From Candidatus Eiseniibacteriota bacterium (lineage in GTDB: Bacteria > Eisenbacteria > RBG-16-71-46), in the NCBI GenBank assembly GCA_963725865.1, contig CAVSAC010000010.1, positions 800,001-864,000 on the forward strand: a stretch of DNA of 64,000 nt, read 5' to 3'. A program made the translations under genes and the position numbers. Below the pieces are notes generated by a model, which was not told the DNA's origin, ran no database searches, and was given only the letters and a program-made list of their open reading frames with translations. Each line of letters opens with the position of its first letter. The stretch's first letter is position 1. Below are positions 17,125 to 27,732 of this stretch, one piece after another.

Positions 17125-20100
17125 TCAGCGGTGCTTGCCGTCGAGGGACTGATCCATTCTCCAGTGGATCTCCGCAGGCAGCGTGTGAAGCGTCACGATG
17201 CCCTGGCCGTTCACGACCATGGGATCGCCGCCGCCGTCCACGCAGCTCGTCACGATGCGATGGAAGGTCCCGTAGTTCACGACCACCGGAAGCGCCAACT
17301 CGATGCCGCCTGGCGGCACGCGCAAGTCGCCTGCCTCGACCCGCGCCACGAACTCGATGGGGTTCGCGCTCTGGCGACGCAGCGTGAACGACAGCGTCCC
17401 CCACCGCGTGCGCAGCCCGCGCACCGCGATGCCATCGCCCGCGAGCCATGACTCCGGCACGCCGGCGCCGATCACCAGGGCGCTGTCGGACTCGCGCTCG
17501 TATGCCAGCATGTCGAGCACCGAGCGCGCGAAGTCGGAGCCCACCCACGTGTGCGGCATGTCGCCGATGAACCGCGGCTTGCGCTCGTCGTGGTCCACCA
17601 CCTCGGCCCAGTGCTCGAATCCCGGCGGGCGCCGGAAGCCCATCAGCCACGTCAGCGCCGAATCGGCCTCGGCGCGCATCCCGAGCCGCGCCATCGCGCC
17701 GACGGTCCGCCACTCGTAGGGCGTGAACGCGTCCCACGCCTGGCGCCCGTCACGGCGGTCGCGAAAGAACTGCCAGTAGCGCGCGAACGTGCGTTCGAGC
17801 ACGGCGCGCGGGACGACCCGCTCGGACGCCTGCACCGGGTTGAGCGCGATCGTGGTCGAGGTGGCGTCGAAGTCCCCGAGGTCGGCGCACCCGGGCATGT
17901 AGTCGATGTGGTGCCGCGGTCATGGCGGCGCGGATCGACGCCGCAAGGTCGCGCAGCGAACGTGTCGCGCGAAGCCGCGAGCCACCCGCGGTCCTCGACA
18001 TGCCCGAGCGCCTCGGCCAGCCACGCCGCGTCCTGGTAGCCGCGCAGCGCGAACAGGTCGTCCCAGTACGAGTGCATGGGCTTCGCGGAATAGCCTTCGT
18101 GGCTGATCGAGGGCGGCAGCAGTCCGAAGTACTCGACCTTGTCCGGCGCCCGCCACTCGGGCCCGCGGCGCTGGGCGCGCAGCGTGTCCAGGTACGCCGC
18201 CGCCGCCCGCACGTGCGGCCACATCGATTCCGCGAACGCGCGATCGCCGGTGTACCGCAGGTACTCGGCGACCAGGTAGATGAACTCGCCGTGGCTGTCG
18301 TGCTCGGGCACTGGATCGGAGCCGCGCGCGTCCACGCAGCACGGCACCTTGCCGTCGCCGTACTGATGCGGGGCGAACCACGCGAGGAACTCCCTCACCT
18401 CGTCCGCGTGGCCGAGCCGCAGCAGCGCCACCGAGGTCAGCGAGCCGTCACGGATCCACGAGCGCTCGTAGGAGCGCGAACCCGGCTGGATCGCGCCGCG
18501 GTCGCGGTTGACCAGGATCCAGCCGAGCTGGGCGCGCAGCGCGCGCGTGACTTCAGTGTCCGGCAACGCGATCGTGGCGTGCGACAGCTTGGCGTTCCAG
18601 TCGGCCATGCAGCGCGCGAGCCGCTGCCCGACCACCATCGACGAGGGCGCGTTCGCCGCGAACGCCGGCGGCAGCGCGGGCCCCAGCCCCTGCAGCGGCA
18701 CGCGCACGTCCACCTCGCGGCTCTCGCCGGGCGCCAGGTCGAGCGCGTACGCGAGCGCGCCCGAGGTGCGGGCGAGCGGGTCGCGAACGCGCTGTGCGTC
18801 CGGCAGCCGGCCGTCGCGCAGGAAGTCGGTGATGTCACCGCGATCGAATGTCGTGGCGCCGAACCCCGACGGCTCCGTATAGCTGACGACGCCGCGCGTG
18901 GAGTCCACCCGCACCGTGCGCCCCTCGAGCGCGAGCGTGCGGATGGTCGCGACGCCGCCCGGCGTGTTCAGGAACTGGGTCGGCGGATTGACCTGGAACG
19001 GACGCAGCGCGAGGTACAGCGTGCCCTGACGGCGCCGGTCGCCCAGGTTGCGCACCACGTAACGCGTCACCACGTCCGCGGCGCCCACGGCACCGTCCGC
19101 GAACGCGGTCACCGTCAGCTCGAGCGGCGCGTCGTTCCAGCGCACGCTCGGGATCGGCAGGCTCCCGCCTTCCAGCCACTGCGTCGTCCGTACGTCCGCC
19201 CAGCTCACGAATGCCCCATCCACGAACAGGAACGGCTCGATCGACCACGCCGCCTTGCCCGATTCGAGCGCGCCGTCCTCGGAGAGCAGGGCCTCCTCGC
19301 GATCGTCGTCCACCCCGACCACGGTCCAGTACGACTGTTCGCCACAGAGGGCGCGCGGATAGCGGCCGCGCGGCGCCTCCCGCGCGATCGATTCGAAGAA
19401 CGCCGCCGGCGTGGCCGACCACTCGAGCGGCTCGATCGTGACCTCGCGCAGTGCGACCGCGCCGGTGCCGCGCGGAGCGAGCGCGCGGCGGGTGGGATCG
19501 ATCAGGTCGCGAACCGAGCCGAACGCGGCCGGCGCGGTGCCGCCCTGCGCGGCCCGCAGCACCCGGATGCGCACGCGACGGGCCTCGGACTCGGGCAGGT
19601 CGAGCGGATCGCGGCCGCCGTTGCCGCCGTGCACCTCGCGCACCACCCGCCAGGGCCCGCGCTCGGCGGCCAGCTCGACGACGTAGTCCACCGCGTGTCG
19701 GCCGGGCACCCAGTCCAGCACCAGGCCGCCGAACTCGCGCTCGAAGCCGAGGTCGAGCTCCAGCCACGGCGTGGTCCCCTGCGCGCGGCTCGCCCAGTAG
19801 GTGGCGCTGTCGCCGTCGACGGCGAGCGCCGCGGGGTGCCCGGCCTCGAGCGTGGAGGCGCTCGCGATCGGCGCCGGCGCCGGACTCGGCGGCGGCGGCA
19901 GCGCCTCCAGCGTGAGGTCGTCGAACCACACGGTGCCGGCGCCGCCGCTGCCCGCGGTGATCGCGAACTCGAGCGCCGGCGATGTGATGCGCCTCGCCGC
20001 CGCCCACCGGGCCCCACGCGAACGTGACGTGGCGCTTCTTGATCGTCACCGTGCGCCACGCGGGGTCGAATTCGAAGTCGCGGCTGTTCACCCACCAGAC

Positions 20101-20499
20101 GTTCTCGCCGCTGGCGTCGATGAGCTTGAACTCCAGGTTCTGCGGCCGGCAGTCGCCGCGCACCGCGAACCGGAACCGGTAGTCCGCGGGCAGCGTCAGG
20201 TCGACCGCGCGATGGATCACGGCGTAGCCGCCGCCCTTCTGGAAATCGAAGTCGACCCGCAGCGCGCGGCCGTGGGCGCCGGGCGCGCTCGCGAGCTTCA
20301 TCAGCACGCCGCTCGCCGGTTGGGTCGTCCAGCCGGCGGTGGACTCGAACGCGTCCACCACCTGCGGAGCCGCCGGGCGCACGGGAGGGGCAGTGTTCGC
20401 CCGCGCGACCGCGGGGGTCGCCAGCGCGAGGATCGTCGCCAGCCCGACCCCCGCCAGTCCGGACGCGCGCGGCGCCCGACCCGCGACGCGATGGATCAT
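17125..20499 (-). CDS. Secreted discoidin (F5/8 type C) + six-hairpin glycosidase-like protein (apparent +1 frameshifts at ~19977, ~17952, ~17915)
   Basis: ATGA overlap with the upstream permease; signal peptide; 'AVDGDSATYWAS...WLELDLG' discoidin; 'IQPGSRSYERSWIRDG', 'ISHEGYSAKPMHSYWD', 'GDMPHTWVGSDF'; the pieces join on removing single bases. Confidence 0.8.
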
Positions 20500-21317
20500 C
20501 CCTTCACGCTCCCCATCATCACCCCGCGGATGTAGGCCCGCTGGAGCGAGATGAACAGGATCACCACCGGCAGGACGGTGAGCACCGATCCCGCCATCAT
20601 CAGCTCGGTGTCCTGCACGTGCTCGCCCGAGAGGCTCGCGAGCGCGACCGGCAGCGTGTACTTGGCGTCGTCGGTGAGGATGATCAGCGGCCACATGAAG
20701 TCGTTCCATGCGCTCAGGAACGTGAACACCGCCAGCGTGACCAGGATCGGCTGGAGCACGGGCACCACGATGGTCAGGAAGATGCGCAACTCGCCCGCGC
20801 CGTCGACGCGCGCGGCGTCGAGCAGGTCGTCGGGGATGCTGAGCGCGTACTGGCGGATCATGAAGATGCCGAACACGCCCGCCATGAACGGGACCACCAC
20901 GCCGACCATGGTGTTGACCAGTCCCAGCGTCTTGAGCAGCAGGAACAGCGGCAGCATGCCGACCTGCGCCGGGATCACGATCGCGCTCAGCAGTCCGCGG
21001 AACACCTGCTCGCGACCCTGGAAGCGCAGCTTCGCGAAGGCGTACCCGGCCATGCCGTTGATGATCAGCGACAGCAGGGTCGCGGAGACCGCCACCACCA
21101 GGCTGTTCGCGAACGCCCGCGCCAGCGACAGCCGCGTGAACAGGTCGGCGTAGTGCTCGAACGTGACCAGGCGCGGGAGCAGCCGGGGCGGGAACGTGTT
21201 CGCGTCGCCCGAGGGCATCAGGGAGGCGGACACCATCCACAGCAGCGGCACCAGGGTCAGCACCGCGCCGATGCCGAGCGCCACGTGCAGCAGCAGCGAG
21301 GCGAGCGGACGCTTCAT
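20496..21317 (-). CDS. Carbohydrate ABC transporter permease (MalG-type)
   Basis: EAA loop 'IPDDLLDAARVDGA', 'WNDFMWPL'; ATGA overlap. Confidence 0.95.
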   Translation of the reverse strand: MKRPLASLLLHVALGIGAVLTLVPLLWMVSASLMPSGDANTFPPRLLPRLVTFEHYADLFTRLSLARAFANSLVVAVSATLLSLIINGMAGYAFAKLRFQGREQVFRGLLSAIVIPAQVGMLPLFLLLKTLGLVNTMVGVVVPFMAGVFGIFMIRQYALSIPDDLLDAARVDGAGELRIFLTIVVPVLQPILVTLAVFTFLSAWNDFMWPLIILTDDAKYTLPVALASLSGEHVQDTELMMAGSVLTVLPVVILFISLQRAYIRGVMMGSVKG

Positions 21318-22207
21318 CGCGGGCGCTCCTTCTGGAGCTGCATCTGGATCATGGTGCCGATCAGCATGATCACGAACAGCACGAACGCGATCGCCGAGGC
21401 GAGTCCCATGCGCCACCAGCGGAAGCCTTCCTCGTACATCAGCATGACCACGGTGGTGGTGGCCTTCAGCGGCCCGCCCTGCGTCATGACGTAGGGCTCG
21501 GAGAACACCTGGAACTGCCCCAGCATGGTCATCACGCCGACGAACAGGAACGTGGGCGCGAGGCTCGGCAGCGTCACGTGCCTGAACCGCGACCAGCCCG
21601 ACGCCCCGTCCAGCTCCGCCGCCTCGTACAGCTCCTCCGGGATGCTCTGCAGGCCGGCCACGAAGATGAGCATGTTGTAGCCGAAGTTCTTCCACACCGC
21701 GAGCAGGATGATGGCGGGGATCGCCCAGTGCGGATCGCCCAGCCAGTCGATCGGGTGGATGCCGAGCTTGCCGAGCCCGAAGTTGATGAGCCCGTACTGC
21801 GGGTGCAGCAGGTAGCGCCACACGATCGCGACCGCGACCAGCGTGGTCACCACCGGCATGAAGAAGATCGAGCGGAACAGCGACGGGTATCGCACCAGCT
21901 TGCTGCTCACCATCATCGCCGCGACCAGCGAGACGATCACCGACAGCGGCCCGCCCACCACGACGAACATCATCGTGTTGCGGAGCGCCTTCCAGAACAT
22001 CGGATCGGAGAGCACCCGCGCGTAGTTCTGCAGTCCCACGAACCGCGCGGTGTCGGGGCGCCCGATGGCGTAGACGTCGAAGTCGGTGAACGACAGCACC
22101 AGGCCGCCGAGCACCGGCACGAAGAAGAACACCGCGATCAGCGCGACCGCCGGGGTGATGAACGCCCAGCCGGCCCGGTGTTGCCGTCGTTCGGTCGTGC
22201 CGCTCAC
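21314..22207 (-). CDS. Carbohydrate ABC transporter permease (MalF-type)
   Basis: 'FVGLQNY', 'LQSIPEELYEAAELDGA', 'YVMTQGGP'. Confidence 0.95.
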   Translation of the reverse strand: MSGTTERRQHRAGWAFITPAVALIAVFFFVPVLGGLVLSFTDFDVYAIGRPDTARFVGLQNYARVLSDPMFWKALRNTMMFVVVGGPLSVIVSLVAAMMVSSKLVRYPSLFRSIFFMPVVTTLVAVAIVWRYLLHPQYGLINFGLGKLGIHPIDWLGDPHWAIPAIILLAVWKNFGYNMLIFVAGLQSIPEELYEAAELDGASGWSRFRHVTLPSLAPTFLFVGVMTMLGQFQVFSEPYVMTQGGPLKATTTVVMLMYEEGFRWWRMGLASAIAFVLFVIMLIGTMIQMQLQKERPR

Positions 22208-23496
22208 CGCGCGCCTCCGGCCGCGCCCGCGCGCCGCGCGCGCTCGATCAGCCAGCGGCGCTTCTCGAGGATGCGCGCCACGTCACGGTCGAGGCTGGCG
22301 AGCGTGGAGTCCTGGTCCGCGTGCCCCAGCACCATCGCCTCCACCTTGGCCTGCAACAGCAGCGAGATCTGCTCCCACTCCGGGACCTTGGGCGTGGAGC
22401 GCGTGCGCGTGAGCTGGATCTCGAACGCCTTCGCGTACGGATCGTGCGTGAACGTGGTGTCGCGCCACGCCTCCCGCCGCGCCGGCAGGTTGCCGGTGAG
22501 CTGGTGGAAGCGCAACTGCTGCTCGGGGCGCGACAGGAACTCGATCAGCCGCCATGCCTCGGCCTTGTGGCGCGACGTGCGGAACATCACGAGACTCGAG
22601 CCGCCGGCGGTGGACACGCCGGACGCGGGCCCGTCGGGACCCGGCAGCGGCGCCGTGCTCCACTTGCCCTGCATCGCGGGCGAGAGCCGGCTGCGGAACT
22701 CGCCCACGTCCCACGGTCCCGAGATGTACATGCTGAACGTGCCGCGTTCGAACTCCTGGTACCGGTTCGCGATCCCCTGCCCCGGCACCGCCGGCGCGAG
22801 TCCGCTGCGGAACAGGCCGACGAAGAACGTCGCCGCGCGCTGGTAGGCCGGGTCCGAGAACGCGCCGCGCGTGTCGTCGTCCTTCAGCAGCGGCGAGCCC
22901 GCCTGGAGGCCGAGCACGATCCACGGCGTGTACTCGTTGGTCGGCATGAAGATCGCGAAGCGGTCCTTGCCGGCCACCCGGCGCACGCCCTCCATCGCGC
23001 GGCGCCACTCCTCCCACGAGCCCGGGATCTCGCTCCAGCCGGCCTGCTTCAGGTAATCGGTGCGATAGAACAGTACGCGGGTGTCGACGTACCACGGCAC
23101 GCCGTAGCACACGCCGTCGATGACGTTGGTGTCCCAGATGCCGCGGAAGAAGCCGGAATCCGGCAGCGCCCGCGAGCGCGCGATCCAACTGTCGAGCGGC
23201 TCGACCGCGTTGAGCGCCGAGAACTCGGAGACCCAGGTGTTGCCGAGCTGGGCGAGGTCCGGAGTGGAGCCACCGACGTGCGCGGTCAGCAGCTTCTCGT
23301 GCGCCGCGATCCACGGGATCTGCTGGATCTGCACGCGCACGCCCGGATTCTCGCGCTCGAAGTCGCGCACCAGCTCCTGCACGACCTCGCCCTCGCGGCC
23401 CATGGCCCAGAAGCGCAGCGTGACCGGCGCGCCCGCGCGCGGCGTGCACCCGGCGAGCGTCAGGAGGAGCGCGGCCACCATCACGCACTGCTTCAC
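22204..23496 (-). CDS. Sugar ABC transporter substrate-binding lipoprotein
   Basis: GTGA overlap; lipobox 'LLTLAGC'; 'PDLAQLGNTW', 'YGVPWYVDTRVLFY'. Confidence 0.92.
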   Translation of the reverse strand: MKQCVMVAALLLTLAGCTPRAGAPVTLRFWAMGREGEVVQELVRDFERENPGVRVQIQQIPWIAAHEKLLTAHVGGSTPDLAQLGNTWVSEFSALNAVEPLDSWIARSRALPDSGFFRGIWDTNVIDGVCYGVPWYVDTRVLFYRTDYLKQAGWSEIPGSWEEWRRAMEGVRRVAGKDRFAIFMPTNEYTPWIVLGLQAGSPLLKDDDTRGAFSDPAYQRAATFFVGLFRSGLAPAVPGQGIANRYQEFERGTFSMYISGPWDVGEFRSRLSPAMQGKWSTAPLPGPDGPASGVSTAGGSSLVMFRTSRHKAEAWRLIEFLSRPEQQLRFHQLTGNLPARREAWRDTTFTHDPYAKAFEIQLTRTRSTPKVPEWEQISLLLQAKVEAMVLGHADQDSTLASLDRDVARILEKRRWLIERARRAGAAGGAR

Positions 23497-24968
23497 CGCG
23501 ACGCTCCCGCTCGATCGAGCCAGCCACCGCGGAAGCCGGCGGCACGCAGCCCGCGCACCAGATGCGGACTCTTGCGCATGGTCCGCCAGATCAGGTCGCT
23601 GCGCCAGTTCTCGATCATGCACAGGATGGGGCCCTGGTCGATGCCGAGGTAGTCGGTGTCGAACCAGCCCACGCCCGGCACGACGCGGCCGTGCTGGGTC
23701 GGCATCGCCTCGTCGAGCGTGGGGTTGAAGGCGTCGAGGAATCCATAGCGGGCGAACAGGTGCTCACCGTAGCGATCGTGCATCGCCATCAGGGTCGGGA
23801 TCACGATCTCGGGCGCGAACGCGATCGAGCCGCCGGCCGCGGTCGGGGTCAGCGTGCCGTCGTCCGTGACGCGGTCGTGGCTGGCTCCACGTGCGGCGTA
23901 GGTCTCGAAGAACCGCTCGCGTCCGCCGACCGTCACCGTGCCGTTGAGGGGACCATCGCAGGCGCTCAGTCCCCAGCCGTCGGCGCCGTATCCGCGATAG
24001 CCGCCCGGGTTCGCGAGCGCGTAGCTGCGCTGCGCGAGCGTCGCGCGCCGCGAGTTCTCGAAGTAGTCGATGCCCTTGCTCCGCATGAACGCGTCCTGGA
24101 TGCCGCGGAAGTCGATCCAGACGTGCGAGTACTGGTGCGCGAACAGCGGATTGAAACCCAGGTACTCCTGGCCCTGGAACGTGCCCCACTGGTAGTCCCG
24201 CGTCCACGCCGTCCAGACGTCGCCCGCGGCGGGGTGCGACGGCGAGCCGAGCGCGAGGACGTGGAGCAGCATGGTCTCGTTGTAGCCGCGCCAGTCGTAC
24301 GGCATCAGGCCGCCCTCGGGATCCCAGCCCAGCACGATGGTGGGCGGGCGCACCTGCGTCCAGCCGAAGTCCACGCGCAGGTAGATCGAGTCCGCGAGCG
24401 CGCGGATGCGCGCCTCCCGGGGATCGCGGCGGTCGAAGTAGCCCTGGCAGAACAGCACGCCCCCCAGCAGCAGCGCAGTGTCCATCGTCGAGAGCTCGAC
24501 CTTCTCGAATCGCGTGCCGGTCTCCGGGTCGAGGAAATGGTAGTAGAACCCGCGGTAGCCGGTGCAGCCGCTCGCGGCGGTGTCCTGGCGCGCCGTCCAC
24601 AGGAACTCGAGCGTGCGCAGCGTGCGCTCGGCCGCCTGTCGGCGGGTGACCCAGCGGCGCTCGGCGCCGATCGGATAGGCGCTCAGCCCGAAGCCCATCG
24701 CCCCGGTGCTGGCGAACGAGCGGGTGGGCCAGCGGTCCGGCACCATCCCGGTGCGGGGGTCGGCGAGGTCCCAGAACCACTGGAACGTCCGGTGCTCGAG
24801 CGTGTCGATGAACGCGAGCTGGACGGCGGTCGGCGTGAACCGCGGCGGGGCGGCGGAACCTCGCAGCGTGGCGCTGCACGCCGCCGGGGCGAATGCGAGC
24901 GCCAGCAGCAGGACGCCGCGCACGAGGTCGCGGAAGCGGATCGGGGTGCGGCGGGTCCCTGCCGGCAT
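23493..24968 (-). CDS. Glucoamylase-family (DUF3131/GH144-like) protein, probable beta-1,2-glucanase, lipoprotein-like
   Basis: 'GFYYHFLD', 'ELSTMDTALL', 'PLFAHQYSHVWIDFRG', 'DYFENSRRAT', 'YLGIDQGP'; GGAG RBS; 'FAPAAC'. Confidence 0.85.
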   Translation of the reverse strand: MPAGTRRTPIRFRDLVRGVLLLALAFAPAACSATLRGSAAPPRFTPTAVQLAFIDTLEHRTFQWFWDLADPRTGMVPDRWPTRSFASTGAMGFGLSAYPIGAERRWVTRRQAAERTLRTLEFLWTARQDTAASGCTGYRGFYYHFLDPETGTRFEKVELSTMDTALLLGGVLFCQGYFDRRDPREARIRALADSIYLRVDFGWTQVRPPTIVLGWDPEGGLMPYDWRGYNETMLLHVLALGSPSHPAAGDVWTAWTRDYQWGTFQGQEYLGFNPLFAHQYSHVWIDFRGIQDAFMRSKGIDYFENSRRATLAQRSYALANPGGYRGYGADGWGLSACDGPLNGTVTVGGRERFFETYAARGASHDRVTDDGTLTPTAAGGSIAFAPEIVIPTLMAMHDRYGEHLFARYGFLDAFNPTLDEAMPTQHGRVVPGVGWFDTDYLGIDQGPILCMIENWRSDLIWRTMRKSPHLVRGLRAAGFRGGWLDRAGASR

Positions 24969-24976
24969 GGGCTCTC

Positions 24977-26038
24977 CTAGCGGCGTAACGGCTCCGCGAG
25001 TCGGGTGCGGTCCCATCGTGGCCGCGTCTCGCCGGGGGCCGGGGACTGGGCGCCGCACGACGAGCGCACGACCAGCGTCGTGGCGAGCACCTCGTGTCCG
25101 CCCTCCGCGGGCGCCGGGCCTTGTCCGTCCAGCAGCAGGCGCACCGCGCGCTTGCCGAGCTCCAGCATCGGAACGTTCACGGTCGTGAGCGGCGGCGTGA
25201 GGTAGCGCGACATCTGGATGTCGTCGAAGCCCACGATCGCGATATCGTCGGGCACGCGCACGCCGGCGTCCTGCATGGCGCCGAGCGCACCGATCGCCAT
25301 GTAGTCGTTCGCAACGAAGACGGCGGACGGGCGCGGCTCGCAGCGCAGCAGCTCGGCGGCCGCGTCGTAGCCCGAGGGCTCGCTGAAATCGCCCCGGAAC
25401 TCCAGGTCGGTCGCCGGCTCCAGGCCCGCCTCGTGCAGGGCCGCACGCCAGCCCTCGAGACGCTGGCGCGCGTCGATGTTGGGGGCCGGTCCGGTGATCG
25501 TCGCGATGCGCCGATGCCCGAGGCCGAGCAGATGGCGCACGATCGACTTCGCCCCTTCGAGGTTGCCGATCGAGATGGCGTGCAGGCCCGGCAGCGCCAC
25601 CTCGGGGTTCACCAGCACCGTCGTCACCTGACCCGCACTCTGCCGCAGCGCGCCGGAAGCGTCCACGTCGGGCGCCATCACGATGAGCCCGTCGACCCGC
25701 CCGCGCATGGAGCGCAGGGCCGCGATCAGCTCGTCCGCGCTCGACGACGAGCGCGAGACCAAGAGGTGGAAGCCCTTCTCGCGCGCCGCCACGTCGATGC
25801 CGTGGATGACCTCGGAGAAGAACTCCCCGTGCAGGTCCGGCAGCAGCGCGCCCAGCGTGTGCGTGCGGCTGGTGATGAGGCTGCGCGCGATGCCGTTGGG
25901 CCAGTAGCCCAGGTGCGCCGCGGCCTCGACCACGCGCAGGCGCGTGTCCTCGCTCACCAGCGGACTGTCGTTGAACACGCGGGACACCGTCGCGATCGAC
26001 ACGTTGCTCGCGCGGGCCACGTCACGGATGGTCGCCAT
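24977..26038 (-). CDS. LacI-family transcriptional regulator
   Basis: HTH 'MATIRDVARASNVSIATVSRVFN', 'VPDDIAIVGFDD', 'PPLTTV'. Confidence 0.97.
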   Translation of the reverse strand: MATIRDVARASNVSIATVSRVFNDSPLVSEDTRLRVVEAAAHLGYWPNGIARSLITSRTHTLGALLPDLHGEFFSEVIHGIDVAAREKGFHLLVSRSSSSADELIAALRSMRGRVDGLIVMAPDVDASGALRQSAGQVTTVLVNPEVALPGLHAISIGNLEGAKSIVRHLLGLGHRRIATITGPAPNIDARQRLEGWRAALHEAGLEPATDLEFRGDFSEPSGYDAAAELLRCEPRPSAVFVANDYMAIGALGAMQDAGVRVPDDIAIVGFDDIQMSRYLTPPLTTVNVPMLELGKRAVRLLLDGQGPAPAEGGHEVLATTLVVRSSCGAQSPAPGETRPRWDRTRLAEPLRR

Positions 26039-26103
26039 GCCGCCTCTCGTCTCACGCGTCCGTCGACGGCCACGCGCGATGCGCGGCCGACGCGGCGCAG
26101 TCG

Positions 26104-27687
26104 CTACTCCAGCCGCACGCTCTTCGCGGTCTGGACCTGGTCGCCGGCTTGGAGCCGGTAGTAGTACACGCCGCTGGCGAGTCCACGGCCGTCGAACCCC
26201 ACCGCGTGCTCGCCCGCCCCCTGCTCGCCGTCCACGAGCCGCGCCACTTCGCGCCCCGCGAGGTCGTAGAGGCCGAGCCGCACGCGCATCGCCTGGGGCA
26301 GCCGGAAGCGCACCGTGGAGCCCTCGCGGAACGGGTTCGGAGCCGCCGACAGCGTCAATCGGATCGACGCCGCCGGCGCCGGATCGACCGCCAGCACCGG
26401 CAAGAAGCCGGCGCGGTAGAGCCCCATCGCGATGTCCGGATTGCGCATGAAGCGCGACCAGATCGCGTTGGTGCGGTAGTTCTCGATCATGAGGACGATC
26501 GGCCCCTGGTCGATGCCGAGGTAGTCGATGTCGTACCACTCCGGCGACTGCGACAGATTGTATGCGTCCACGAAGCCGTAGGGTCCCCACATGAAGTTGC
26601 GGTAGTAGGTCCACAGGAACTGCGCTGCCGCGATGCAGGTGTCGGGCGCGAACGGCATCGAGCTGAGCGCCGCGGTCGGCGCCAGCGTGCCGTTGTCGTT
26701 CTGGGTCGGCGGCGCGCCGTGCGCGAGGTAGCCGCTGATCGGATCGTCACACGCGGTCAGACCCCACAGGTTCTCGCCGTAGCCGACGCGATTGAGCGGG
26801 TTGCGGGTGCAGTAGCGGCGCTGGGCCATCGTGGCGCGGCGCGAGTTCTCGAAGTAGTCGATGCCCTTCCCCTGCATGTAGGTGTCCCGGATGCCGCGGA
26901 AGTCGATCCAGCAGTGCGAGTACTGGTGGCCGAACAGCGGCGGGAACAGCACGTACGTGAGCCCGTACTGCGTCGCCCACGTGTAGCCGCTGGTCCACCG
27001 GGTCCACGCCGTGTCCGGCACCGGGTGGGTGGGAGAGCCGAGTGCCAGGATGTAGAGGATCATCGCCTCGTTGTAGCCGACCCACTCGCCGAAGGTCGTG
27101 AAGCCGCTCTCGGGCTTCCACCCCATCAGGATCCCCGCGTTCCCGTTGCGCATGAAGTCCCAATCGGCGCGGTAGTAGATCGAATCGGCCAGCGCGCGGA
27201 TCCGTACCTCGGCGGCGTCGCCTGCGTCCGTGAAGTACATCTTGCAGTCGAGGATGCCCGCGAACAGCAGCGCGGTGTCGATCGTGGACAGCTCGCTCGA
27301 CCACTCGCGCAGGCCGGTGTCCATCTTGAGGAAGTGGTAGTAGAGCCCGCGGTACCCCATCGCGTTGGTGGTCGACGTGCCCTGCGGCCCGTTCCAGAGC
27401 GTCTCGAGCGCCGTGCGCACCCGGCCGCGGCCCTCGGCGCGCGTGATCCAGCCATGGTCGATGGCCACGCAGATCGCGGACAGGCCGAAGCCCTCCGACG
27501 CGATGCTGCAGGGCGACGTGGGAACGCTGCGGTCCGGCATCAGGCCGGACACCGGGTTCATCTCGTTCCAGAAGTAGTTGAACGCGGAGTGCTGCAGGGT
27601 GTCCAGCAGCACTTCGGTCGGGAGCTGTGCCCGTGCCGGGGCCGCGACGGCGAGCAGTGCGATCAGTGCGAGGATGCTGCGTCTCAT
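26104..27687 (-). CDS. Secreted GH144/DUF3131-like protein with C-terminal T9SS/FlgD-like domain
   Basis: Signal peptide; same GH144-like motifs as 23493-24968; C-terminal 'PNPF...YDLAGREV...LASGVYYYRL'. Confidence 0.88.
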   Translation of the reverse strand: MRRSILALIALLAVAAPARAQLPTEVLLDTLQHSAFNYFWNEMNPVSGLMPDRSVPTSPCSIASEGFGLSAICVAIDHGWITRAEGRGRVRTALETLWNGPQGTSTTNAMGYRGLYYHFLKMDTGLREWSSELSTIDTALLFAGILDCKMYFTDAGDAAEVRIRALADSIYYRADWDFMRNGNAGILMGWKPESGFTTFGEWVGYNEAMILYILALGSPTHPVPDTAWTRWTSGYTWATQYGLTYVLFPPLFGHQYSHCWIDFRGIRDTYMQGKGIDYFENSRRATMAQRRYCTRNPLNRVGYGENLWGLTACDDPISGYLAHGAPPTQNDNGTLAPTAALSSMPFAPDTCIAAAQFLWTYYRNFMWGPYGFVDAYNLSQSPEWYDIDYLGIDQGPIVLMIENYRTNAIWSRFMRNPDIAMGLYRAGFLPVLAVDPAPAASIRLTLSAAPNPFREGSTVRFRLPQAMRVRLGLYDLAGREVARLVDGEQGAGEHAVGFDGRGLASGVYYYRLQAGDQVQTAKSVRLE

Positions 27688-27732
27688 GGGTGCCTTTCCC
27701 GTCGATGCGATGCGCGAGGGTGCCGCGACCAC

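Noticed and set aside
23493..27687. True glucoamylases (starch use)
   Set aside because: The 'glucoamylase' label for this family is historical; motifs match DUF3131/GH144 and there is no GH13 in the locus.
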